64,000 bases of DNA from Hellea sp. (GTDB lineage: Bacteria > Pseudomonadota > Alphaproteobacteria > Caulobacterales > Maricaulaceae): contig JABABK010000008.1 in assembly GCA_014238285.1 (NCBI GenBank), positions 10,829-74,828 on the forward strand. The letters are read 5' to 3'. Of this stretch, positions 27,722 through 36,615 are shown one piece after another. The notes below the pieces were generated by a model. That model was not told where the DNA came from and ran no database searches. It saw only the letters and a list, made by a program, of their open reading frames with translations. Made by a program: the position numbers and the translations under genes. Every line of letters starts with the position of its first letter. Position 1 is the stretch's first letter.

Positions 27722-27799
27722 TTTCATGGTTAATTATCTGTAAATGCCCTAGAAATTTTCGATAGGTATTGCTAGAGAGCAACTTCAAATGGGGGAAAT

Positions 27800-28657
27800 A
27801 TGGATATTTCGCAAATAATCTCGCTCGTCGGACGATATGCCATGCCTTTTATTGGGGCCCTTGTCGTATTCTGGGTCGGTAAATGGATAGCAAACCGTAT
27901 CGCTTCTGCTTCAGAACGTACCTTAAACCGTGCACCCAACGCAGATCCTGATCTTTCGCGATTTTTTGCTAGCTTGATAAAATACATCATACTGGTCGCT
28001 GCCGTCATGGCCGCTTTGACCGTTCTGGGTATCGATACGTCGTCATTTGCCGCTATCGTTCTGGGGCTTGGCGCTGCCATGGCCTTTGTTCTTCAAGGGT
28101 CACTCTCTAATATCGCGGCTGGCGTCATGCTCATGCTTTTTAAGCCCTTCAAACTTGGTGATGAAGTCGAAGTTGGCGACACCAAAGGCGTGGTGACGTC
28201 GATTGAACTTACGGCGACCCGGCTAAAGTCTTCTGATAATGTCGAGAAAATCATCTCAAACGGTAATGTTTGGGGCGGAACTATTCGCAACAATACTTCT
28301 TTGGGCAAACGTCGCCTCGATATGGTTTTCGGCGTGGATTATAGCGCCGACATTGACCAAACCATTAAAGCTCTGACAGAGACAGCCGCCAACGACCCGC
28401 GTGTTCACGCAGACCCGGCGCCATGGGCCAAAGTCGTGAACTTAAATGAAAGCTCGGTTGATCTGGAACTTAGAGCCTGGTGCGATGCCAAAGACTATAA
28501 AGGTCTGAAGGTCAGTATTTCTCAGCCGATTAAAGCAGCGCTGGATAAAGCCAGCATAGGCATCCCTTATCCACACGAGATTAAGTTTAAACAAAAAGTC
28601 AAATCATCAAAAGCTCGCAATCGACTTGCGCGCCTAACCAAACTTAGAAACAGCTAA
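27800..28657 (+). CDS. Small-conductance mechanosensitive channel, MscS family (paralog 1)
   Basis: Three TM helices plus the pore/beta-domain signature GAAMAFVLQGSLSNIAAGVMLMLFKPFKLGDEVEV. 285 aa. Confidence 0.9.
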   Translation: MDISQIISLVGRYAMPFIGALVVFWVGKWIANRIASASERTLNRAPNADPDLSRFFASLIKYIILVAAVMAALTVLGIDTSSFAAIVLGLGAAMAFVLQGSLSNIAAGVMLMLFKPFKLGDEVEVGDTKGVVTSIELTATRLKSSDNVEKIISNGNVWGGTIRNNTSLGKRRLDMVFGVDYSADIDQTIKALTETAANDPRVHADPAPWAKVVNLNESSVDLELRAWCDAKDYKGLKVSISQPIKAALDKASIGIPYPHEIKFKQKVKSSKARNRLARLTKLRNS

Positions 28658-28677
28658 AGCCCAATAGGAGTTCAAAC

Positions 28678-29559
28678 ATGCAAGATGCAACAACAGCCGA
28701 AGTGGTCGAAGAAGCCGCCAAAGGGTCTGGCTTTTCAATAGAAGCCTTTCAATCACCAGAATTTTGGACAGGAATGGGCGAAAAATTTGGCCCACTGGCT
28801 ATTAATCTTCTCATCGCTTTACTGATCCTATGGATCGGTATGAAAATTGCCCGCAAGATCGGCAATATCGTCAAAAATATCGCAACTCGCTCACCCGCTG
28901 TTGATGATACTCTTGGAAACTTTCTAGGATCCATTGCGCGCTATATCATAACTGCTTTCGTTGTCATTGCCGCGATTACAAAGCTCGGTGTTGAGACCGC
29001 GTCCCTCGTCGCCATGCTAGGTGCCGCGACCTTGGCCATCGGTCTTGCGCTGCAAGGCACGCTCGGTAATGTCGCAGCCGGCGTTATGCTCATGCTCTTC
29101 CGCCCCTATAAGCTAGGCGATTATGTCAATGTGGCTGGCCAGGAAGGCGTCGTCAAAGACATGAATATCTTCACGACTAACCTCGCGACAGTCGACAATG
29201 TTGAAGTCATCATCGCCAACGGCGAAGCTTGGGGCTCAACCATTCAGAACTACACATCCCTTGGTGTTCGCCGCGTCGATGTTGATTACGGTATCCACTA
29301 TGATGATGACATTGATAAAGCCATCAAAATCATCAATACGACAGCCGCCAAACATCCAAACGTTCTAACTAAACCCAGCGAACCATGGGCTAAAGTTGTC
29401 ACGTTAAATGACAGCTCTGTTGATATCCAAAGCCGAGTTTGGTGTAAGGCCGAGCACTATTGGGATGTGATGTTTGATCTTAAAAAATCAATCAAAGAAG
29501 CTTTTGATAAAGATGGCATCACTATTCCATATCCGACCTCTATCGAGCTGGATGGTTAG
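28678..29559 (+). CDS. Small-conductance mechanosensitive channel, MscS family (paralog 2)
   Basis: GLALQGTLGNVAAGVMLMLFRPYKLGDYVNV. It is collinear with the upstream paralog along its whole length. 293 aa with SD AGGAG. Confidence 0.9.
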   Translation: MQDATTAEVVEEAAKGSGFSIEAFQSPEFWTGMGEKFGPLAINLLIALLILWIGMKIARKIGNIVKNIATRSPAVDDTLGNFLGSIARYIITAFVVIAAITKLGVETASLVAMLGAATLAIGLALQGTLGNVAAGVMLMLFRPYKLGDYVNVAGQEGVVKDMNIFTTNLATVDNVEVIIANGEAWGSTIQNYTSLGVRRVDVDYGIHYDDDIDKAIKIINTTAAKHPNVLTKPSEPWAKVVTLNDSSVDIQSRVWCKAEHYWDVMFDLKKSIKEAFDKDGITIPYPTSIELDG

Positions 29560-29586
29560 TATTCTCTCAATTTTGAAATTTTCAAT

Positions 29587-29611
29587 CCCTGCCAATTGGC
29601 GGGGCTTTTTT
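29587..29611 (+). terminator. Rho-independent terminator after the second MscS gene
   Basis: CCCTGCC-AATT-GGCGGGG hairpin followed by CTTTTTT. Confidence 0.7.
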
Positions 29612-29649
29612 GTGTTTAAATGAATGACTCATTCGCTCGCTTTATAATT

Positions 29650-29727
29650 CCGCTCATACTGGCGGACGCCAGTATCTCATCACGGCAGCATATTAGAGAC
29701 CCTGGATCAGGGTCCAGGGTGAGCGGG
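29650..29727 (+). repeat. REP/MITE-like element, copy A (two hairpins, short terminal inverted repeats)
   Basis: Sequence: CCGCTCATACTGGCGGACGCCAGTATCTCATCACGG...CCTGGATCAGGGTCCAGGGTGAGCGG. The hairpins are ATACTGGCG/CGCCAGTAT and CCTGGA/TCCAGG. The ends CCGCTCA...TGAGCGG are inverted repeats. A second copy in opposite orientation lies at 38811-38882. Confidence 0.75.
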
Positions 29728-29729
29728 TC

Positions 29730-30260
29730 TTAAAAATACTCTTGCAGAACCCGGTCCAATCGCCGCTGAACCAAAGCCGTCAATTTCTGTAAATTATAAT
29801 GGGATAGAACCGATCGAGCGATTTCTTCGCGGCCCATAAATTCGTCGGCGCAGCGAAGCTCCAGAATAAGAGCTGCCAGTTCCGATAAAGGCACTTCGGA
29901 AAAACTTCTCGGGCCAAGAGTCCGCATATTCACACGGTCCTGATCCGCGAGCCTGATGATCCAGCAGCGCGAGTCCGTATCGTCATCAACCTCGGTATCA
30001 TTTTCCCGGACAATTTTAATGGTGCCCTCTTCGGCGGCTTTGAGGACAGCGCGTTCAAAAAGTGAGCGTACTGATGCCGTAATTTTTAGAAGACCGCCAG
30101 CCTTGGCATAGGTTTGAAATAGATGCAGGCCCTGCATGGGACCTTGAGCTTCCAAGATTTCCCCCATACCGTCCATAAACTGTAGATCGCTTGCCCGGCG
30201 AGGATCCGCAACGGGCCGTGCCTGCCATTCACTAAAAGGTTTTAGATCAATCGCAATCAT
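29730..30260 (-). CDS. Orphan hypothetical protein (176 aa)
   Basis: Intact ORF with no TM or signal peptide. The C-terminal helix-rich part (SEVPLSELAALILELRCADEFMGREEIARSVLSHYNLQKLTALVQRRLDRVL) loosely resembles the C-terminal regulatory domains seen on large helicases. The stop abuts REP copy A. Confidence 0.5.
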   Translation of the reverse strand: MIAIDLKPFSEWQARPVADPRRASDLQFMDGMGEILEAQGPMQGLHLFQTYAKAGGLLKITASVRSLFERAVLKAAEEGTIKIVRENDTEVDDDTDSRCWIIRLADQDRVNMRTLGPRSFSEVPLSELAALILELRCADEFMGREEIARSVLSHYNLQKLTALVQRRLDRVLQEYF

Positions 30261-30320
30261 TTCATCACCCTAACAATTATTCTACCTATGATTACGGTTA
30301 ATGAATTATAATTTCGTGAA

Positions 30321-30349
30321 CAAAATCAAAAAATGGGCCCGAAGGCCCA
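30321..30349 (-). terminator. Rho-independent terminator after the PQQ-ADH gene
   Basis: Minus-strand TGGGCC-TTCG-GGCCCA hairpin followed by TTTTTTGATTTTG. Confidence 0.7.
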
Positions 30350-30376
30350 ATTAAATTCAGCAAACATCAATTAAAA

Positions 30377-32557
30377 CTAATCTTTCTTACCGAGAGAAAC
30401 TTCATCGTAAAATTCTTTACCCATTCCATCTCGAGCTTCAGCGACGACATAGGCCCGCACGGCTTCAATGGTTGCCGCGTCATAGACATCCCCAAAATTC
30501 GGCATGCCGTTCTCGGCCAGCATACCGCCGCGAACGACCTCTTGCCAAAGCTCAGCATCTTTAGTGACGCCGGAATATCTAAGATTAGGCGTTAAGCCGG
30601 ACGCGAAAGCTTGATCACCATGACAGACAGTGCAGCTATTGGCATAGGCTTGTTTACCGATTGCCATTGTCGCTTCATCCACTTTCACAGCCTCAGGGAG
30701 TTCAAACTCAGTTTGAATTGCCGCTTCTTGAACGGGCAGCTTACCATCTGCGCCGAGTTTAAAAACCAAGACCCGCCCGGAGTTAAAGTCACTACCGCTC
30801 GGCATAACCCCGCCAAAACCAAGAACATATGCTCCGCCATAACCAGAGGCCACCGCCACATATTGATCCCCGTCCAGTTCATAAGTTATGGGCGCCGCGC
30901 CAATTCCAGATTGCGTGAAATATTTCCAAAGCTGCTCACCGCTTTTCGCGTCATAGGCGGCGAAGTGGGCGTCCGCCGTGCCTTGAAAGACTAGGTTACC
31001 TTTGGTCGATAATAGGCCGCCATTCCAAGGTCCTTTATGTTCAAACGCCCAAGCCTTTTCCTGCTTCACGGGGTCCCAAGCTAAAAGCCTACCTTTGATC
31101 ATGGATTTAAGGGCGCGAAAGGTTGCTTTATCACTGGGCAGTAAAGCAAACGTAAAATCAGTGCCCGTATTCCAGGTGCCCGGCTTGTGTTCATATTTAG
31201 TCCGGTCACCATAAACCCACGGGGCTTCTTGCGCTGGAATATAAACCAGACCCGTATCAGGGTTAAATGACATAGGATGCCAGTTATGAGCGCCGAGCGG
31301 TCCTGGTAATTGTAGGTAAGGCTCTTTGCCGTAATAGCGCGCCGCCTCAACTTCAATCGGACGACCTGTTTCTGGATCAATACCAGTGGCCCAATTTACG
31401 GGCACAAAATTATTAGCCGATATGAACCCGCCCGTTTCGCGGTCAATCACATAGAAGAAGCCATTTTTAGGTGCCTGCATAATGACTTTACGCATCGCCT
31501 CATCAATCTCGAGGTCCGCTAGAATCATATGCTGCGTCGCCGTGTAGTCCCACGTCTCGCCGGGAGTTGTTTGATAGTGCCAAACATATTCACCCGTATC
31601 AGGACGGACCGCGACCATGGAAGAGAGGAACAAATTATCACCGCCGCCGGGACTACGAATAGACTGGTTCCAAGGGGATCCATTACCAACGCCAAAATAA
31701 AGCAGGTCAAGTTTTGGATCATAGGCCATAGCGTCCCAAGCGGTGCCGCCGCCGCCAGCTTCCCAAAACTCGCCGTTCCAGGTTTCAGCGGCCATAGCCA
31801 TGGTATCGTTTTCAAATCCGTCAGCCGGGTTTCCTGGAACCGTGTAGAAGCGCCAATCAAGCTCACCTGTGGCCGCATCATAAGCGCTAATATAGCCCCG
31901 AACGCCAAGCTCCGCGCCGCCATTACCAATAATGACCTTGCCTTTAACCACGCGAGGCGCGCCTGTAATGGTGTAGGGTTTAGACTTATTAATCGTAAGC
32001 GTTTCCCACATCACATCGCCTTCTTTGGAGTCGAGCGCAATCAGACGCCCATCAATCGTGGCCGTGATGACCAAATTATCCCAGACCGCGACGCCGCGGT
32101 TTACAAGATCGCAACAAGCATTGCTGGCCTGTACCAAATCGATCTCCGGCTCATAGGTCCAAATCACATCGCCTGTTCGGGCGTTGAGGGCATGCACAAC
32201 ATTATAGGTCGATGTCACATACATGAAACCTTCATGGACGATCGGCGTGGCCTCAATACCTCGGCTAGAATTTAAGTCATGAGACCAGGCTAGGCCCAAG
32301 TCTTTGACAGTTTCTGTATTGACGCTTTTGAGGGGCGAAAATCTTTGCTCATCATAGGTCCGGCCATATGACATCCAACCGGCTTTATCAGCTTGTATTA
32401 TCTCAACCCCGGTTGCGTCTTGACCGCGTGGTGTATCTTGTTTCACCTCGACAGTTTTTTGCTCAGCTGGCACACTATCCGTTTTGACAGCATCTTTAGG
32501 CTTACAAGCCGAGACAGCCAGTAAAGCCATTCCTGCCGTAATTAAAAACTTCCGCAT
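30377..32557 (-). CDS. Quinohemoprotein (type II) PQQ-dependent alcohol dehydrogenase, lipoprotein
   Basis: Lipobox LLAVSAC, vicinal disulfide NACCD, propeller W-motifs, active-site WDYTA (no extra Asp, so the Ca-type rather than the lanthanide-type) and a C-terminal heme c site CTVCHG. 726 aa. Confidence 0.9.
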   Translation of the reverse strand: MRKFLITAGMALLAVSACKPKDAVKTDSVPAEQKTVEVKQDTPRGQDATGVEIIQADKAGWMSYGRTYDEQRFSPLKSVNTETVKDLGLAWSHDLNSSRGIEATPIVHEGFMYVTSTYNVVHALNARTGDVIWTYEPEIDLVQASNACCDLVNRGVAVWDNLVITATIDGRLIALDSKEGDVMWETLTINKSKPYTITGAPRVVKGKVIIGNGGAELGVRGYISAYDAATGELDWRFYTVPGNPADGFENDTMAMAAETWNGEFWEAGGGGTAWDAMAYDPKLDLLYFGVGNGSPWNQSIRSPGGGDNLFLSSMVAVRPDTGEYVWHYQTTPGETWDYTATQHMILADLEIDEAMRKVIMQAPKNGFFYVIDRETGGFISANNFVPVNWATGIDPETGRPIEVEAARYYGKEPYLQLPGPLGAHNWHPMSFNPDTGLVYIPAQEAPWVYGDRTKYEHKPGTWNTGTDFTFALLPSDKATFRALKSMIKGRLLAWDPVKQEKAWAFEHKGPWNGGLLSTKGNLVFQGTADAHFAAYDAKSGEQLWKYFTQSGIGAAPITYELDGDQYVAVASGYGGAYVLGFGGVMPSGSDFNSGRVLVFKLGADGKLPVQEAAIQTEFELPEAVKVDEATMAIGKQAYANSCTVCHGDQAFASGLTPNLRYSGVTKDAELWQEVVRGGMLAENGMPNFGDVYDAATIEAVRAYVVAEARDGMGKEFYDEVSLGKKD

Positions 32558-32576
32558 AGCAGTCTCCCCAGACGCG

Positions 32577-33572
32577 TTAAATTATGTAATCTTTGGCTCT
32601 GTCAATGACCCAAAACATGGCAATTGCGCCAATAGCATAAGTCATGACGAGCTCTGCTCGTTTTTTATGATTGAAGGCTATCTTACCCAAAATCGCAAGG
32701 AAAATCAAAAACAGGCCAATGACCACGAACTGTCCAATTTCCACACCGATGTTAAACAGGAGCAGCGCCAAAAGTTCTGTTCCCTTGGGTAGTCCAATAT
32801 TGGCTAGGGCGGAAGCGAAACCGCAGCCATGAATTAGCCCAATTAAAAATCCGATTAAGTATGGACGTTTGACAGATAAACCGCCTTCGCCGCGATGCTT
32901 TCGAACAATCTCGACCGCGAGTAAAACAATGCTCATAGCGATTAATATTTCTACGGGACGTGTGGGCAAACGTAAAAGTCCGAATGCAGCCAAAGCGAGG
33001 GTCAAACTATGGGCCAGCGTAAAGGCTGTGGCGACGCCCAAAATTTGCCTTCGAGAAACCAGTAGCACAAGGCCAATGACAAATAATAAATGATCCCAAC
33101 CGAATAAAATATGCTCGACACCAATTGATAAATATTGAGATGTTCTAGCCGTTGCTGGCCCTGCCAAGTCCAGCGTGGTTTGGGCAGGTTTCAAGACATC
33201 ACGTCTTATATCTCCTGAGAGAAAATTAATCTCGACAAAGACATCCGTCAGTGTGCGCTCTAGTCCTTCAATCGTGATTTGGCCGCTCATCAAATCGCAA
33301 CTCACTTGATAGGCTTGGCTTAAAGTGCCAGCGCCGAAAGACCGCTCTCCGGTTTTCACATCGCAGCTCTGGGGAAAAACAGGGCTAATCTTCAGCCGTT
33401 TATCCCCAGTAATCGGCTGTTTCCAAACCGCGTCAAAGCTTTGTTCAGCCGTTTGAGTCATTTTCAAATAACCCGGGCGAACTTCATGAGCTGATGCAAA
33501 GCCGTAGCTCCATAAGAGCAAAATTATTACCCAGATTGTACGGATCATCACTCCCTTCATCGCTACTTCCAT
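32577..33572 (-). CDS. HupE/UreJ family membrane protein with a ~150-aa N-terminal periplasmic extension
   Basis: Signal peptide, then a soluble domain, then GVEHILFGWDHLLFVIGLVLL and further TM helices typical of HupE/UreJ. The start overlaps the upstream stop (TAATG). Confidence 0.8.
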   Translation of the reverse strand: MEVAMKGVMIRTIWVIILLLWSYGFASAHEVRPGYLKMTQTAEQSFDAVWKQPITGDKRLKISPVFPQSCDVKTGERSFGAGTLSQAYQVSCDLMSGQITIEGLERTLTDVFVEINFLSGDIRRDVLKPAQTTLDLAGPATARTSQYLSIGVEHILFGWDHLLFVIGLVLLVSRRQILGVATAFTLAHSLTLALAAFGLLRLPTRPVEILIAMSIVLLAVEIVRKHRGEGGLSVKRPYLIGFLIGLIHGCGFASALANIGLPKGTELLALLLFNIGVEIGQFVVIGLFLIFLAILGKIAFNHKKRAELVMTYAIGAIAMFWVIDRAKDYII

Positions 33573-34396
33573 TACTGGACGTCCCCGACTTCAACCTTGT
33601 ATTTTTTGAGGAGGGCTTCGAGCCTGTCGTGATTAGCGCGCCTAGAGGTTTGGTCTATCCACTTTTTCTCTATGTCTGGACGCGCCTCTTCAAAACTTGG
33701 CGCTCGCTGATCTGTTTGCTCATCAATCCGAACAAGGTGCAAGCCGAAGGAAGATTCTATGGGCCCTTGCCAAGATTGATTGGACGGCATGGCAAAAAGT
33801 CCTTGCGCAAAATTCCGGCCGAATTTTCGCGACAGAGCAATTTTATCAACCAATGGATACTCCGACTGCTCGATAAATGGATCACCCTGAGACTTCCAAT
33901 TCGCATCATTCACTGCTGTCAGTATAATCTGCGCATCGGCTTCAATATCATCATGCTGTCCGGGACTAAGATAGATATGCGAAAAAGCGCGCTGTTCCAG
34001 GACTAGAAACTCATCATGCCGAGCTTCAAACCATTCCCTTAACTCTTTTTCTCTGGGCAGAGTCGGCGGGGCACTATCCTCGATCATGAAGCGCATTTTT
34101 TGCGCCAGACGACGGCGAATGATCGTATCATCTTCATCAAGACCAAGGCGCTGCGCTTCGCGCATCAAGACCTGCTCCTCCACATGAGAAAACAAAAGGC
34201 CTTGAATATCTTCATCCGTGGGCTGCCTTTGATTTTCGGAGGCAAAGATCGCCGCTTGACGCTCTATCTCTGCCGCGCTGATTTCAACCGTATAATCGCT
34301 TTTAGATACGGAATTTTCCCAGACGCCATGAACCAGAAATAATCCGGCCCCTAAAATTATGAAGTGAACAAGGGGCTCACGTAACCAGTTTGTCAT
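33572..34396 (-). CDS. Parvulin-like (PpiC-type) peptidyl-prolyl isomerase, membrane-anchored
   Basis: N-terminal anchor LVHFIILGAGLFLVHGV and C-terminal WQGPIESSFGLHLVRIDEQ (an FGxHL[IV] rotamase signature). 274 aa. Confidence 0.75.
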   Translation of the reverse strand: MTNWLREPLVHFIILGAGLFLVHGVWENSVSKSDYTVEISAAEIERQAAIFASENQRQPTDEDIQGLLFSHVEEQVLMREAQRLGLDEDDTIIRRRLAQKMRFMIEDSAPPTLPREKELREWFEARHDEFLVLEQRAFSHIYLSPGQHDDIEADAQIILTAVNDANWKSQGDPFIEQSEYPLVDKIALSRKFGRNFAQGLFAMPSNQSWQGPIESSFGLHLVRIDEQTDQRAPSFEEARPDIEKKWIDQTSRRANHDRLEALLKKYKVEVGDVQ

Positions 34397-34424
34397 AGAA
34401 CTTACTTTGTATTATTATTGGGCG

Positions 34425-36338
34425 CTACTCAGCGTCATACCAGATCGGCGACGTATAGGCCCGTTCTTGTAGCGTTGGCTTTAAATCAGGATTGCGCGGC
34501 GCGTTTTCCTTAAGCGCATCCCAAGTTGACCAGCGGCATGTCGGGTTTTCCAAAACGCGAACATAATAGCTGGCAGACTTATCTTTATCAAAATCTGGAT
34601 CTGTCCAAAGAGTTTTTAGCTCCGGCGCGCCTTTATCTCTGGAAATCGAACAATCCGCGAGATCAACACTTGCCCCGTTACCCGGACAACGATGTGTCGC
34701 CGGATCAGGAGAACCGCCATCGGAACAAGAAATATCGTAGAGCATTTCTTTGGGCTGCCCGCCCTCTTGCCAAACTTTGACCATTTGCATCCGGTCCAGT
34801 GGCGCGCTGCGCGGATCACGAGCAGCCCAAACGATGAAAGACGGCGCTGTTTCACTGGATGCGAGGCTACCGCCCATTGCGACGCCGCCTGCATAGGCTT
34901 TGCTGACCAAATCGCCATCACTAAGCATAGCGGCGTCATAGCCGTAACCGCCAAACATACGGACCTGAATTCTCGGGCCAGAGGTAGCGTAGGTTTCTTT
35001 GCGGCGCATGGCATCAAAAATGGCTTCGCGCGTATTCTCTTCGGCCCAAACACCTGCAAGGCCCGATGCGCCCCAAGCAGAGAACCAATACTTCGCCGGA
35101 TCATCAGGCTCAACACCTTCCCAGCTTTTCTTGCCGCCCGGAGGAATAGACCCGCGAGCTTCTGGCGTTGCGTCTAAAATACCAACTTTCGACCAGTAAT
35201 CATTTTCATTAAAAGCGCCGCCCGCAACATGTGAATCAGATGCGCCGATCATACCAAATTTATAGGGATTAACACCGGTGTCAGCTTCAACCGCAAGGCC
35301 ACGCGCCAAAGTCTCACGAACATAACTACCATTGATTTTTGACTTAACGGTTGAGCTTAATAATAATTCATAGATTTCAAAATCCGCCCACTCATCATTA
35401 GGAGATAGAGCAGGGTGAGTCTCAGAGGTGCCTTTAACCTGGGTCATCTCGACGATAGGTTCGTTTTTAATACGCTGCGCTGCGTATTCAGCCGTGAGCG
35501 AACCGCCATCAAATGTCGTAAGATCAAACATCTCGCCGTCCGACACATTGGAGTTATGGGGAATAGCCATGGAATCATTGCCCGCTGCCCGCTGTACATC
35601 CATCCAGTCCCATAAGTCTTCGGGATTAACAGAATCAAGTGTGGCAAAAAGACGATCAGGCGCCGTGCCCCGGAAGATAACATTACGGTGCAAATTACCA
35701 CCAATGAAACTATTATCCGTCTGCTTGCCCTGGGTCACCGCCGTATATTCATAGGCCGAAAATGTTGTCAGCTTGCCGGGTTCATAATGCTTGTCAGCCG
35801 TGGCGATATTGTTCTGCCATGTCGCATCAATTATGCCGCGATCATAAATCTCATCGTAAGGTTCGCCGCTGCGAACAGAGCCTCCCATTTTCCCAAAGGC
35901 CGCCGTCACGAGTTCAGGGTCTGTGCCAAACATGCCCTTGGCAATTTCCAGCTTGGACAAGGGATTATCCGGATCATGCATGGCCGGAAGAATGCCCATA
36001 TAAGCACCGTGATCGGTCGCCGCGACAAAATCGAGCGGATCACCCCAAATGCTAATGTCATAGCCCGCCGGATGGCGAATTGTTTCACCCTTAGCAAAAC
36101 GATAAACATCATCCGGTGTGTTGCGAACGTTAAAAATATACGCATCAAACGAGTTTTTGGTGTGGATATGAAGGTCGCCGAAATAGGCTGTCTTGTCACG
36201 ATTGGATGGGATAGCGGGTTCAGCATCTGTCTGGGAAGTAATTTCAGGCTCGTCTTGGACATCTGTCTCTGTTGCAGTTTTTTCCGCGCAACCCCACATT
36301 AAAGCCGCGATACTGCTCGCCAAAATAAATCTCTTCAC
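34425..36338 (-). CDS. DUF3604 family protein (PHP-like metal-dependent hydrolase fold), probable lipoprotein
   Basis: YFGDLHIHTKNSFDAY N-terminal metal-binding signature, ATDH, ASDSH, and the lipobox-like LMWGCAEK. 637 aa. Confidence 0.8.
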   Translation of the reverse strand: MKRFILASSIAALMWGCAEKTATETDVQDEPEITSQTDAEPAIPSNRDKTAYFGDLHIHTKNSFDAYIFNVRNTPDDVYRFAKGETIRHPAGYDISIWGDPLDFVAATDHGAYMGILPAMHDPDNPLSKLEIAKGMFGTDPELVTAAFGKMGGSVRSGEPYDEIYDRGIIDATWQNNIATADKHYEPGKLTTFSAYEYTAVTQGKQTDNSFIGGNLHRNVIFRGTAPDRLFATLDSVNPEDLWDWMDVQRAAGNDSMAIPHNSNVSDGEMFDLTTFDGGSLTAEYAAQRIKNEPIVEMTQVKGTSETHPALSPNDEWADFEIYELLLSSTVKSKINGSYVRETLARGLAVEADTGVNPYKFGMIGASDSHVAGGAFNENDYWSKVGILDATPEARGSIPPGGKKSWEGVEPDDPAKYWFSAWGASGLAGVWAEENTREAIFDAMRRKETYATSGPRIQVRMFGGYGYDAAMLSDGDLVSKAYAGGVAMGGSLASSETAPSFIVWAARDPRSAPLDRMQMVKVWQEGGQPKEMLYDISCSDGGSPDPATHRCPGNGASVDLADCSISRDKGAPELKTLWTDPDFDKDKSASYYVRVLENPTCRWSTWDALKENAPRNPDLKPTLQERAYTSPIWYDAE

Positions 36339-36615
36339 AATATTCCCCTTTTTCTCATTTCCCCGATATATTATCTCTGTGTCCGAACACTAATCTGAAG
36401 CCTATTGCTTTGACAAGATCATATTCCGAACAACAAAGTACCCAATCGATAGCTGAATACAATTGAATTAAGCTCTTATATCTGTTACCCAGAGGAACTA
36501 ATTACTTCAATATTTTGAAACCGCTTACTGAATTAAAACTTGTTCAACCGACGTTGGCCGATGCTATCCACGCAGATTGGATTGACCCGATTCTGGTAGA
36601 GTAATAACTCTGCAA

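Noticed and set aside
31529-32275. 248-aa plus-strand ORF (and several shorter ones) inside the PQQ alcohol dehydrogenase gene
   Set aside because: It is fully nested antisense to a gene with unambiguous PQQ-ADH motifs. The translation is Arg/Ile/Asn-rich with no motifs, which is typical of a shadow ORF.
30377-32557. Lanthanide-dependent (XoxF/PedH/ExaF-type) nature of the PQQ dehydrogenase
   Set aside because: The active-site stretch reads WDYTA. The additional Asp two residues after the catalytic Asp, which marks lanthanide-dependent enzymes, is absent. The enzyme therefore looks Ca-type.
33494-34006. 170-aa plus-strand ORF spanning the HupE/parvulin-like gene junction
   Set aside because: It is antisense to two translationally coupled, motif-supported genes, and its sequence is low-complexity.
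34616-36302. Cluster of 100-200-aa ORFs on both strands (34616-35116, 34692-35177, 35688-36302, 35906-36262) within the DUF3604 gene
   Set aside because: All are nested in or antisense to the 637-aa DUF3604 ORF, which has a lipobox and metal-binding signatures. The alternatives have skewed Arg/Cys-rich composition and no RBS context.
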